NCBI GenBank assembly: GCA_977017645.1
Contig: OZ360225.1
Coordinates: forward strand, 15,562,001-15,626,000
Source of the DNA: Torpedo marmorata
Lineage: Eukaryota
DNA: 64,000 nt
Direction: 5' to 3'
The notes under the pieces were generated by a model. The model was not told the origin of the DNA. It searched no databases and was given only the letters and a program-made list of their open reading frames with translations. This document shows positions 13,681 through 25,252 of this stretch, in pieces. The position numbers and the translations under genes were made by a program. Within the stretch, counting starts at the first letter, position 1; the number at the start of each line of letters is the position of its first letter.

Positions 13681-14376
13681 GTCCAGTCTACTATCTATCT
13701 TTCCAAAGTGAATGGCCTCACATTTACCGACATTGTACTCCATCCGCCAGATCCCTGCCCACTCACTTATCTATATCCATGATTGGCTTTCCTAATTGCT
13801 CGATTCACTGCATTCTAACATTTAATGAATCATTTAGTGGGACAACCAGAATCCTTTGCCTCCCAGGGCTCTACTTTCATTCTGCACCCCAATTATGTTT
13901 TATTATTTGTCTTGCCAAAATGAACAATTTCCTGTTTTCCTAATTTGTCCTCTCTCTGCCCACTGATTGAACTATTTATATCCTTTATGCGTGGTGGATA
14001 GTCGATGTGGACTCAGTTGGCTGGGACTCACTGTTTCTATGCTGTATCTTTCTGTCTGCATGATTCCATGTAACTTCTTTCAATAAGTAACTTACTTTCC
14101 TAACTTTTTAGTTAAAGAGCCCAGGGAAGATTGGATCAACTATAGAGATCTCATTTAGCTCACAAATGTGACTGTCACTGCAAGAGAGTATGGTAGAATA
14201 TGCTGGGTGAACATTGACCTCCATGTTTTGTCGGTTGATACATAAAAACATAATGTTTCAAGGGACTTTGTATTCATCACCTGGAGGAAATGAATGGTGG
14301 CGTATGAAGACTCACTTTGGTCGCAGTGTTGTTGCTGATTGTCATGCTATGCTGAACACATATCTTTTCCTTACAG

Positions 14377-14456
14377 ATATGAAGAGAGAAAATAGTTATC
14401 AGTCGGATAGTAGCGGATTTGTCGAGGAGCCACTCATTCCACTCATTCCACCACAG
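14377..14456 (+). CDS. ITPRID1: ITPRID1 internal exon: (D)MKRENSYQSDSSGFVEEPLIPLIPPQ
   Basis: ttccttacag acceptor and CAG|gtagat donor, phase 1 to 0. The SxQSDSSGFxEEP motif is characteristic of the KRAP/SSFA2/CCDC129 family. Phase matches the next exon. Confidence 0.88.
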
Positions 14457-14499
14457 GTAGATCTGTCACATGTTTTAAACATGTAAAAGGAATAAACCA

Positions 14500-15045
14500 C
14501 CTTTAATGTAGAGAGAAGCAAGGATCTTTTTACAAGGACTCCATCCCCTTCTCTCAATTTCTCCGCCTCCGCCGCATCTGTTCCCAAGATGAGGTGTTCC
14601 ACTCCAGATCTTCTGAAATGTTTGCCTTTTTCCACAAACGTGGCTTCCCCTCCACCACCATCAACTCAGCCCTCACCCGCATCTCCTCCATTGACTTTTC
14701 TGCTTTCCACTAAACCTGCTTGTTGTTCCCTTCCCCTCCCCCCTCACCTGTCCTTCCTGTTTTTTTTCCACCCACCCAGCCATCCCTCCTCCCCCTCTTT
14801 GCTGCTGTCCCCTCCCTCCTTTCTCCACCTATCATCTCCTGCCTTTGCCATCCCCCTTCCCCCTTCACTCCTTTGTTCGGAAGCCTGCCTGCATTTTCTC
14901 ATACTTTGATGAAGGGCTCAAGCCCGAAACGTCGGTTATGTATTTCTACCTTTGCTACATAAAATACACTGTTTGACCTGCTGAGTTCTCCAGCATTTGT
15001 GTTTTTAACTTCAACCATGGTGTCTACAGATTTTCGTGTTTTACT
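14500..15045 (+). mobile_element. Penelope-like element remnant with terminal hammerhead-like motif
   Basis: Encodes KDSIPFSQFLRLRRICS (PLE RT C-terminus), then a pyrimidine-rich tract, then TTGATGA-AGGGCTCAAGCCC-GAAACGTC at 14906-14933. Confidence 0.75.
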
Positions 15046-15586
15046 TTATTTTTACAACCTTGGTTCTGCTACTCTCTTTATCACCTAAAGAAAACAAATT
15101 TTAACTAAGAACAAAAGGAAAGCATGATTTTTCTCCCCTGCTAATAAACTGCATTGTTTCAGAATCAGAATTTATTGTCATAAACATGTGACACGAAATG
15201 TGTTTCTGGAAAACTCTGCATTTAACTTCCGAGACCTTTACTGAGATGCCCATTGGCATGGGTCATTGAAGGGAAAGAAAAACCTTAAAGCAGTTCTCAT
15301 AAAGTGTTGTCAGCTCATTTGTGAACAGTTTATTCATCAGTCCCATCAAGAGCAATACTTCAATCTGAAGTCAGTGAAAATCAGAATTGGGAGAAAGATG
15401 AGGCTTCTCTGAAATGAACGATTCTATACAAATAGATCGAGAGTGCAAGACCTCATAGCCAGCCCTGACCCAATTATCACCCATCTTTAAACCCACTTCA
15501 CCTGTACACTACTCCTGACTAAAAAAATAGAACGTGGTAGAAATGAACAGCACCTAAAGCAGCATCTGTGGAGAATGAAATAGAGA

Positions 15587-18428
15587 AAGGTGTGGATTGA
15601 TACTTGGAAGTATGAGGTGGTAGCCATCAGTGAGACATGGTTGCAAGAGGGATGTGATTGGCAGCTGAATATCCCTGGGTTTCGTTGCTTTAGGTGTGAT
15701 AGAGTCGGAGGAGCAAGAGGAGGTGGTGTTGCATTGCTTGTCAGGGAGAATATTACAGCGGTGCTTAGGCACGATAGATTAGAGGGCTCGTCCACAGAGG
15801 CTATTTGGGTGGAACTGAGAAGTGGGAAAGGAGCAGTTACACTTATAGGGGTGTATTAGAGACCACCTGGAGGGGACCGAGACCTAGAGGAGCAAATCTG
15901 TAGGGAGATAGTTGATATTTGTGATAAGCACAGGGTTGTGATTATGGGAGATTTTAATTTTCCACATATAGATTGGGAAACACATTCTGTGAAAGGGCTG
16001 GATGGGTTGGAGTTTGTGAAATGTGTGCAGGATAGTTTTTTACAACAATATGTAGAGGTACCGACCAGAGAAGGAGCAGTGTTAGATCTACTGTTAGCAA
16101 ATGAGATAGGTCAAGTGACGGAGGTTTGTGTTGGCGAGCACTTCGGGTCCAGTGATCATAATGCCATCAGCTTCAATGTCATTATGGAAAGAGATAAGTC
16201 AGGGCCAAGGGTTGAGGTTTTTGATTGGGGAAAAGCTAGATTTGAGGAGATGCGAAAGGACTTACAGGGTGTGCATTGGGACAATTTGTTTTATGGGCAG
16301 GATGTAGTAGAGAGATGGAAGTCTTTTAAAGATCAGATTTTGAGAGTGCAAAAGCTTTATGTTCCTGTTAGGTTAAAAGGAGGGGCAAAAGGTTTGAGAG
16401 AGCCGTGGTTTTCGAGGAATATTGGAAACTTGGTTCGAAAAAAAAGGGAGGCGTACATTAAGTATAAGAAGCATGGAAATAAGGAGATGTTTGAAAAATA
16501 CATTGAATGTAAAAAGAATCTTAAGAGAGGAATTAGGAAAGCTAAAAGAAGGTATGAAGAGACTATAGCAAGCAGGGTGAAAATTAATACAAAAGGTTTT
16601 TACAAATACGTTAATGGTAAAAGGAAAGCGAGGGACAAAATTGGTCCCTTAGAGAATCAGAGCGGAAAACTGTGTGTGGAGTCTAGAGAAAAGGGGAGAT
16701 ATTGAACAGTTTCTTTTCTTCGGTATTCACCAAGGAGAAGGATATTGAGAAATGCAAGATAAAAAAAGCAAATTGGATAAATATGGAGAATATAGGGATT
16801 ACGAAAGATGTAGTGTTAAGGCTTTTGAGGCATATAAAGGTGGATAAGTCTCCGGGACCCGACGGGATCTTCCCCAGGACCTTGAGAGAAGTAAGTGAAG
16901 AAATAGCAGAGGCTCTGACGGTGATTTTCCAAATGTCATTAGAGATGGGGATAGTGCCGGAGGATTGGCGTATTGCGCATGTGGTTCCGTTATTTAAAAA
17001 GGGTTCAAGGAGGAAGCCTGGCAATTATCGGCCTGTAAGTTTGACGTCTGTGGTAGGTAAATTAATGGAGAAAGTTCTCAGAGATAGTACTTATAAATAT
17101 CTGGATAGACAGGTTCTGATCAGGAACGCTCAACACGGATTTGTGAGCGGAAGGTCCTGTTTGACCAATCTGATTGAATTTTTTGAAGAGGTGACTAGGA
17201 ATGTGGATGAGGGTAGCGCAGTGGATGTTGTCTATATGGACTTCAGTAAGGCCTTCGATAAGGTCCCGCATGGAAGGTTAGTTAGGAAGGTGCAGTCTTT
17301 AGGTATAAATTCTGAGATAGTCAAATGGATTGAACATTGGCTGGAAGGGAGAGGCCAGAGAGTGGTAGTGGATAATTGTCTGTCAGGTTGGAGGCCGGTG
17401 ACCAGCGGTGTGCCTCAGGGATCTGTATTGGGCCCATTGTTGTTCGTTATATATATCAATGATCTAGATGATGGGGTGGTAAACTGGATTAGTAAATATG
17501 CAGATGATACTAAGATAGGTGGAATAGTGGATAATGAAGAAGGTTTTCAAGGATTGCAGAGGGATTTGGGCTGCTTAGAAAAGTGGGCAGAAAAATGGCA
17601 GATGGAGTTTAATGCTGATAAGTGTGAGGTGCTTCATTTTGGTAAGAAGAATCTGAACAGGACATACGTAGTAAATGGGAGAGCATTGATGAATACAGAA
17701 GAGCAGAAAGATTTAGGAATAACGGTGCATCGTTCCCTAAAGGTGGAAACTCATGTGAATAGGGTGGTGAAGAAGGCTTTTAGTATGCTGGCCTTTATCA
17801 ATCATTGCATAGAATATAGGAGTTGGGAAGTGATGTTGAGATTATATAAGGCTTTGGTGCGGCCTAATTTAGAGTTCTGTGTGCAATTCTGGTCGCCAAA
17901 TTATAGGAAGGATATCAACAAAGTGGAGAGAGTGCAGAGAAGGTTTACCAGAATGTTACCTGGGTTTAAGAATCTAGAGTACAAGGAGAGATTGAGCATA
18001 TTAGGTCTTTATTCTTTGGAGCGAGAAGGTTGAGAGGGGATTTGATAGAGGTATTTAAAATTATGAAAGGGATAGACAGAGTGGATGTGGATAGACTATT
18101 TCCATTAAGAGTAGGAGAGATTGAAACAAGAGGACATGAGCTAAGTGTTAAGGGGCAGAGGTTTAGAGGTAACATGAGGGGGAACTTCTTTACTCAGAGA
18201 GTGGTAGCGGTGTGGAATGAGCTTCTGGGAGAAGTAGTGGCGGCAGAGTCAATTTTATTATTTAAGAAAAGGTAGGACAAGTATATGGATGAGAAGAAAG
18301 TGGAGGGTTATGGGCAGGGTGCAGCTAGGTGGGACTAGATAGGAATGTTTGGTTCGGTGCGGACTGGAAGGGCCTAATGGCCTGTTTCCGTGCTGTAATT
18401 GTTATATGGTTATATGATTATATGGTTT
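15587..18428 (+). mobile_element. Young CR1 LINE, 5'-truncated ORF2 (same subfamily as 10403-13680)
   Basis: Near-identical to the reverse complement of 10403-13236. Has YADD, a stop at 15857, frameshifts near 16690 and 18025, and a (TTATATGG)n tail. Confidence 0.97.
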
Positions 18429-18440
18429 ATACTTAAGGGA

Positions 18441-19325
18441 GATTCAAGGTTCCTTTGTTGTCAAGTGCATGGAATACACAAACTTTGTTTCCTTTTGTTT
18501 GCCCGTAAAGGCACACACGTTCAAGTTTATTTATCATTGTACAAGTATAACCCGACGAAACAGCGTTCTCTGGTCCTCTGTGCAACACACTGCAAACACA
18601 CATACAGACCAATGATACATATGCACAGTATTTATGTATAAATATTAAAATAAATAAATATTATTGTTAAATAAATAGTTGAGTCACGGAGAGTTTATAT
18701 GAGCAATCTCACCGCCCGTGGGAAAGAGGTGCCACTATTAAGAAGAGAAGCAAAAGAGAGTCCCTTCAGAAACTTCAAGTGTCCATCGATCCCAACACCT
18801 CCTTCAATGCCTCCTGCGCCTCTAACCTCCTGTCTTATCCTGCGGTGAACCCGAGCTTAAGACATCTAAATCACCTGCCTAGCCCCTAGTTCTGATCACC
18901 TGTGGCGATCAGCGCCTGAAACCCTTCGGGAGCCCTGTTTGCTATCGGCACCTTCACGAGTCCTGGCCCCGACACCCGGATCCCACCAGCCGGTCTCCAG
19001 CAGCCCACGACCTGGTGTGAGTTCTTCAGCTGCCGAGCCCCTTGCTGCTCCGTTGCTGTGGTCTCCCACCCTGTAAGGTCCAGGCTACTCCTTCCTGGTG
19101 GCGGGGATGTTCTCCGGTTCTGGTGCCCTGCACCCATCCACAGCTCCCCTGGAGCACGCAACCTTTGTTGTCTGGGCTGCCGAGCATGTGCGCCGCTATC
19201 TTGGGCATGGACCTCCGTGGTTCTCCAATTTATAAAATAAAACACGGCCAGCCCCATTCCATAGGCAGTTTAAACCTGTATGGTATCAGTATAGTGACCG
19301 GGCAGTAGGACCCCGCGGAGGAGCT
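18441..19325 (-). mobile_element. GC-rich retroposon, divergent subfamily (interrupted by a Rex1 3' fragment ~18520-18725)
   Basis: Shares the AAGCAAAAGAGAGTCCCTTCAGA block, a GCCGCTATCTTGGGC motif and tail structure with the other copies. Confidence 0.6.
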
Positions 19326-19721
19326 CTGAAAGATGTGTTTAGATGATCTTCATCACGTTTTCATTTATATATGACTTTTGTGCAAATTGCCTGCTGTTGT
19401 TTGATGCATTCAGAATTAATTTATTTCTCAACTTTGGTCAGTCTAAGCAAGTGAAACGCCACAAAGACTGTTTCTTTTCAACTGTTAGAAAAATGCAGAG
19501 ATGATTTTGATTTGGGCTGATTAAATGATCATACTAGAACACTTGGACTTTTGAAAATAAAGTTGCAGATGTTGGAAATCTGAAACCCAGCAAAAAGCAC
19601 TGGCTGATCAGATGCTCCCAAACCTGCTGAGTGTCTCCAGTGTTTGGTTGGAAACTTTTCAATTTCTGTTGCAGTAAAAACAAACACCTGATTTCTCAAC
19701 TGTCCATTTGCACACTTTCAG

Positions 19722-20759
19722 ATACTGCATACATTAAAACATGATGGTTGCGCCAGCAAAAACAGCCAAGTCGCCTCAGAACAAAACAAGCAATGGCCTC
19801 TCCAGATCAAGGATCCAGGACAGGCACCGTGTATCATTGCTGATCAAGCCTCAGCCCCTGTGTCCATCGACAGTGGTCAAACAAAGTGTTTAGAGGCATT
19901 GTGTGTTTCACAAGAACGGAAAATAATCGATGTGCAAAATCTCGTCCCCTGTTCTCATCCCCTTGATGATCATCAGGGGATAGCAGTTCCATGCATCAGT
20001 CACCTTACAGAGAAGGAAAATGAATTCAATGACAACAATAGCCATTTGTCCACAATGCCGGCTATGAAGCACAATTCCATTGATGATGCTAATTTCAGGG
20101 AAATTAACTGGATCCAGAAGGCAAACTGTGATACAGTCAATCAACGTAATGACTCTGTGAGCTATAATCCAGCAACTGTGAAGGATTTTCTTATGAACCA
20201 GCAGGAGTTCAGCCTACATCGACAACATTCTGCTGCGTTAAACAAAGTGGTGACCATTGAAATTCCTCAAGAAAGATTGCAACAAGGAGATGTCACAGAG
20301 GTTCTTTCTTTAGAACCACCACCAGTTTTATTTCAATCTGATGAAGGCCCTCCCAAATGCACTTTATTTGAAGGAAGTGGCAAAATGAGGGATGTTTCAG
20401 TGCAGACCGAGGGCAACAGCGAGGAGTACACGATTAAAAAAAGGCAACCTGACGGAATTAAGAAACGCTCTCGACTTGCACCTGAGTTTCAATCTGGCAT
20501 CCAAATTACAAAATCAGCTTCATTGGATACTGGGCTACATGTCGTTGAGCAGAATGCTCGGAAACTAACTGCTGGCACTCCAGCCTGCTGCCTTTACTGC
20601 CATCATTGCTGCTGTCTCCAACATGGTTGTTCATCATCATGCTACAAAGCTAACAGTATGAGGAGTCCAACGAAGACTGCTGCCTCACACTCAGAGGCAC
20701 AGCTGATCAAGACCTTGCAGCAGTTACAGCAAACTGCAAGAGCCATCTCTGGATCTCCG
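19722..20759 (+). CDS. ITPRID1: ITPRID1 large internal exon (346 codons)
   Basis: tttcag acceptor and CCG|gtgagt donor, phase 0/0, open throughout. Contains TKSASLDTG, a Cys/His cluster and EAQLIKTLQQLQ, which resemble CCDC129 as I recall it. Confidence 0.88.
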
Positions 20760-21369
20760 GTGAGTATACTGCATGCAACGATTAATAGTAAACCAATCTA
20801 TGGTCTGTGAAATTTGACTGAGTTGCACTCACATTTACAGTGGTCAGATTTGTCCTGGTTTCCTGAAGTAGTAGCCATGAAGGACACAAGCACCTATATC
20901 AGCACCTTGGTCAGTGTCGACGAGTTGAGTCAAAGGACCTGCTTTTGTGCTGTAAAGCTCTATGGCTCTCTACCATTTCACCCACAAGAGGAGTATATAA
21001 AACAGGATAGCTCCCCATGAAAATTATAGGTTAGTTTTATCCAAGTCATGACTCAACATCTTTATTCTCCTGTCAGTTCCTCTTCAGCACATGGCTGGGG
21101 AAGTTATACTGAAATTACGAACAGTAAGGTCCTTCTTGTAAACTTCTTTCCTAATTTCTTCAATCAAACTTTCAGTTGATGCTTGGATAATCAGAAAGTC
21201 TACCTCCAATGGCACAATTTTACATTTTTTGTCCAAACACGTGGGAAACTAAATGTTTGTTGGACTGAATGCAAACGATCATTTTGTCCCCACTGAGCAG
21301 AGAAACCATTTTCACTTGGCATTTCCAGTTGTGCAGCTGAGCTTTCCCCTTAACCAGACTATTATTTGG

Positions 21370-22590
21370 AACATAAAATGTTACAGCACAGTACAGGCCA
21401 TCATTTTGTGCCGACTTATATAAAGCTACTCCACAATGATCTAACCATTCCCTACCCTCTACTTTTCTCACATCCATGTGCCTGTCTAAGAGTCTTTTAA
21501 ATGTCTCTTTTGTACCAGCCTCCACACCCACCTCCGACAATCCAGGCACCCACCACCCTCTGTGTAAAAAAAAAAACCGACCTCAAAATCTCCCCTAAAC
21601 TTTCCTCCACCCTCATTCAACAGATATCTTCTGGTATTGGCTATTGTCGCCCTGGGAAAAAGGTGCTGGCTGTCCACCCTATCAATGCACCTCATATTCT
21701 TGTTTCAAGATTCAAGATTCTTTTATTGTCATGTAATAAAACTGAAAAAGTTATATTACATGAAATTTCCTTTCGTCGACCATACAGCAGACAAAGATTT
21801 GCCATCAGCAGAAATTGCCTGGCACCCCTTTCAGTCAGAGAAAGAAGCAAAAGAGAGTCCCCCCAGAGTCACTGAGTGTCCGTGGATTTGCCTCCAGCGC
21901 TCCTGTTGCCTCCACAGATACACAGCCATCAGACAAATCATTGACAACCCGAGCTCCAGATCCAAACCTCCTACTCGATCAGGAAGCCTCCAGCGCCCTC
22001 GGTACCCTCTCACATCTTGGTTCCGATACCTGGTATCCCTTCAGCCAGTCTCAAGCCAGTCTCCAGCAGTCTGCAGCCTGGTGCGAGTCCCTTGACCGCA
22101 GTCGCCAGCAGCCTGTGGTCTGCGTGGGTTCCTCACCTCGAGTGACCAACAGCCCGCCGCCTATGTGTTCTTCAGCCTCAGAGCCCCTCGCTGGTGCGCC
22201 GCCGTGGTCACCATCCCATGGGTCGTCTCCTCTAGTTCTCCTTCTCAAACGGTGGGGGGGGTGGTCTCCCAATTTTCTGGTGCCATGCCCCAGTCCGCTG
22301 CTCCCCCGGAGTCTGCAACCCCTCATAGCTGCTGCCGAACATAGGTGCCACCATCTTGGGCCCAGACATCAGCTCTTTTAACAGGTCGTTTAAAACCTGT
22401 ACGGTCCTGCGGCAGTTGGACTGGGACTTTGGATCCTACGGGGGGCACTGTGTCTTTGCTCACCGCTCTCCCTGGGTCCACACCAGCGGCAGCACTGCCG
22501 TTACAGAAGCTCCGGCAGCGCCGCCATTTGTATACCTCTATTAAGTCGCATCTCATCCTTTGTCACTCCAAAGTGAAAAGCACTAGCTCT
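21370..22590 (-). mobile_element. Old CR1 3' fragment interrupted by the GC-rich retroposon
   Basis: RCDLIEVYK...IDRVDSQHLFPR. The flanks of the insert rejoin as ...CATATTCTTGT|ATACCTCTATTAAGTC. Confidence 0.7.
21703..22529 (-). mobile_element. GC-rich non-autonomous retroposon, apparently full-length copy
   Basis: Same 5' end as the copy at 41573, a 5' hairpin at 22488-22525, an (ATCTTGA)n tail and a possible TTGT duplication. Confidence 0.85.
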
Positions 22591-22606
22591 GTCATCCTTG
22601 CTTCTA

Positions 22607-22820
22607 TTTTTTTTTTGACATACAGCACATAATAGGCCTTTTTGGCCCATGAGCCCATGCCACCTAAATACCCCAATTAACCTACAACCCCCGTACGCTT
22701 TGAAGGGTGGGAGGAAACACGAGCACCCAGAAGAAACCCACGCAGACATGGGGAGAACGTACAAACTCCTGGCAGACAGCGCCGGATTCGAACCTGGGTC
22801 ACAGGCACTGTAATAGCATT
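22607..22820 (-). mobile_element. V-SINE (HE1-like)
   Basis: V-domain and B-box-like GGTTCGAATCC. Similar to 5862-7040. Confidence 0.8.
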
Positions 22821-23908
22821 GCTTCATAAGACATATTCTCCAATTAGTTGTTTCCATTTGTAGTTACTTGAAAACACTATCCAGGGTATTTATTTTATCA
22901 AGAGAAGAGAAGATTTCAGTTTTGTTGGAAAGAACAATTTGCTCAGGTATTATGCTCTCTCTTTTACTTCTCAACTGAAGAGAGGAGACAACAGCTTCTT
23001 CCACAGTCAATAAGTGATAATGAGGATTGACCACAGAATCTGGGTGAGAGTGTGAAGTGATGTTTAACACAAGCCTTAAGAACCAAAATTGCAGAATGAA
23101 GAAGTAGAGCAATGCATTTGTTTCCTTTTCAATTGACTTTGAAAGAACTTATTGACTTCAGTGTTTCAGGCAGAGCAATCTGCACTGCAGTGCTTCTCTT
23201 AGTTAATTTACTAATTGGAGTTCTACAATTGTACAGCACAAAATCAGGCCCATCACCCCTCCATGTCTATGCTAACCATCACATCTAGCTATATCATTCC
23301 CACTTGCCTGCATTAATTCCATATCCCTCTATGCTCTCCTCATTCAGGTACCATCCCGTCAACTCTTAAATATTATTACTGTTTCTACCTCCTCAGGCAT
23401 CTCATTCTGGATATCGACTACCCCTTAGATCCCTATTAAACCTCCTCCTCTCACCTTCAACCACCTGCTCTTTAATTTTAGATGCCTACCATGGCAAACA
23501 GACACTGGATATCCATCTGTCTATATACCGTACCTCTATCCTGTCACCTCTCAGCCTCTTTTGCTCTGGAGCAAAAACTAGCCTATCCAATCTCTCCTTA
23601 CTACTCAAGTGCTCCAATCTAGGCAAAATCCTTGTGAATCTTTACTGCACTTTTTCAAGCTTAGATACATCTTTCCTATAGTCTAATCAGTTGAACTGAA
23701 CACAATATTCCAGTTACAGCCTAACCATCATCCTGCACAGGTGTAGCATGGCGTATACAGAGAACTGTATACTTGTACCCCGAGATCTCTCTGTTCAACA
23801 ACACTCCACTGAGCCCTGGTATTCACTGTGTAGGTCCTGCCCTGGTTTAACTTCCTAAAATGCATCACTTCTCCCTTATATAAGTTAAATTTCATCTCCC
23901 ATTCCTTT

Positions 23909-25121
23909 TTTTTAATTTTTAATTTTATTTAAACTTTTAAATCACAAAATACATAAAATAAAATATAAAATTATCAAAATACATGTGATATATTTTTACC
24001 CTCCCACCCTCCCCTCTCCTCACAAAATACATAAAATAAAATATAAAATTATCAAAATACATGTGATATATTTTTACCCTCCCACCCTCCCCTCTCCTCA
24101 CTAATCTAATAAAATAAAAATTAAAGTAAAATAGAAAAAAGAAAGAAAAGAATAGAAAGAAAGAATAGAATGAGGGGAATACCTTCTAAACTAATTCTAT
24201 TATGGAGGTCAAGTGTGCCAGCAGATCTGATATCTAGAGATCTTCAAATCCTTAAACCCACAGCTCTCATATATAGGCTCCAAATTTTCAAGAAAAAAAT
24301 GATATTTATTACATAAATTATAAGTAATTTTTTCCAGTGGTATACACGAACGGAGCTCTGCATGCCATCTTTCTAATCCTAAATCTAAGTCAGATTTCCA
24401 AGTAATAGCAATGCATTTTTTTGAAACAGCTAAAGCAATTCGCAAAAATTCTACTTGAAACATATTTAATTTCATCTTAATACTAAATTTTCTAATATCT
24501 CCAAATAAAAATAACATAGGATCCATTGGAAACACAATATTAAATACTTTATCTAAAAATTTTTTAACTTTCAACCAAAAATCTTGAATCTTTGGACAAA
24601 ACCATGTAGAATGAACAAAAGAACCTTCCTCACTATTGCATTTAAAACATAAGTCTGATAATGTCGGATTAAATTTCTTTAATTTTTTAGGTGTTAAATA
24701 TAATTGATGAAAAAAATTATATTGTACTAATCTATATCTAACATTAATAATCTTCGTCATACTTAATTTACATAATTCTTTCCAATGATTTTCATCTATA
24801 TTTACATTTAAATCTAATTCCCATTTTAATCTTGATTTATGCAGTCCTATTTTAGGCATTTTCCTTTGAAACAATTTATACATTTGAGAAATGAATTTAT
24901 TAACATCTCCATTAGTAACTAATAATTCTAGTTCATTTTGTCTTGGTAAAATCAAAGCATAACCTAATTTCTCAGTCAAAAAAGCTTTAACTTGATAATA
25001 AGCTAAAAATGTATTATCTGGTATATTAAATTTATCTTTCATTCTTTGAAACGTAATAAATCTTCCAGCTTCAAAACAATCATTAATCTTTTTAATACCT
25101 TTTTGAAACCAAATTTTAAGT
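23909..25121 (-). mobile_element. L1-clade LINE, 5'-truncated
   Basis: ORF2 C-terminus (QYNFFHQLYLTP, C-C-H-C finger), G-rich 3' UTR with a 2x78-bp duplication (23942-24101), A-tail, and a 15-bp TSD ATCTCCCATTCCTTT (23894-23908 / 25122-25136). Confidence 0.9.
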
Positions 25122-25252
25122 ATCTCCCATTCCTTTGTCCACTTTCCCAGTCGAAAATTCTGTTGTAACTTTGAATAACCTGAAGCTATCCTCCTCACTA
25201 TCCACAGCACCACCAATTGGTGTGTTGTTTTCTAATTTATTGATCATACCTC

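Noticed and set aside
5100-14376. Upstream ITPRID1 exons (IP3R-binding domain)
   Set aside because: No recognisable motif with splice sites was found. They probably lie upstream of the window, though a small exon could have been missed.
10403-18428. Giant DNA transposon with 2.8-kb TIRs
   Set aside because: The arms are CR1 LINEs with their own tails and different 5' truncation points. No enclosing TSD or transposase was seen.
19860-20810. Stand-alone 316-aa gene
   Set aside because: It starts at GTG inside a longer open frame bounded by splice sites. It is an internal ITPRID1 exon.
21501-22632. Many overlapping ORFs in the GC-rich repeat copies (also near 9577, 30130, 34241, 40169 and 41729)
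   Set aside because: Frames, strands and lengths are inconsistent between copies, as expected from GC-rich sequence.
24209-25216. Intact 335-aa host protein
   Set aside because: Chimeric ORF: it starts in old CR1 sequence and runs through the TSD into the L1 ORF2 C-terminus.
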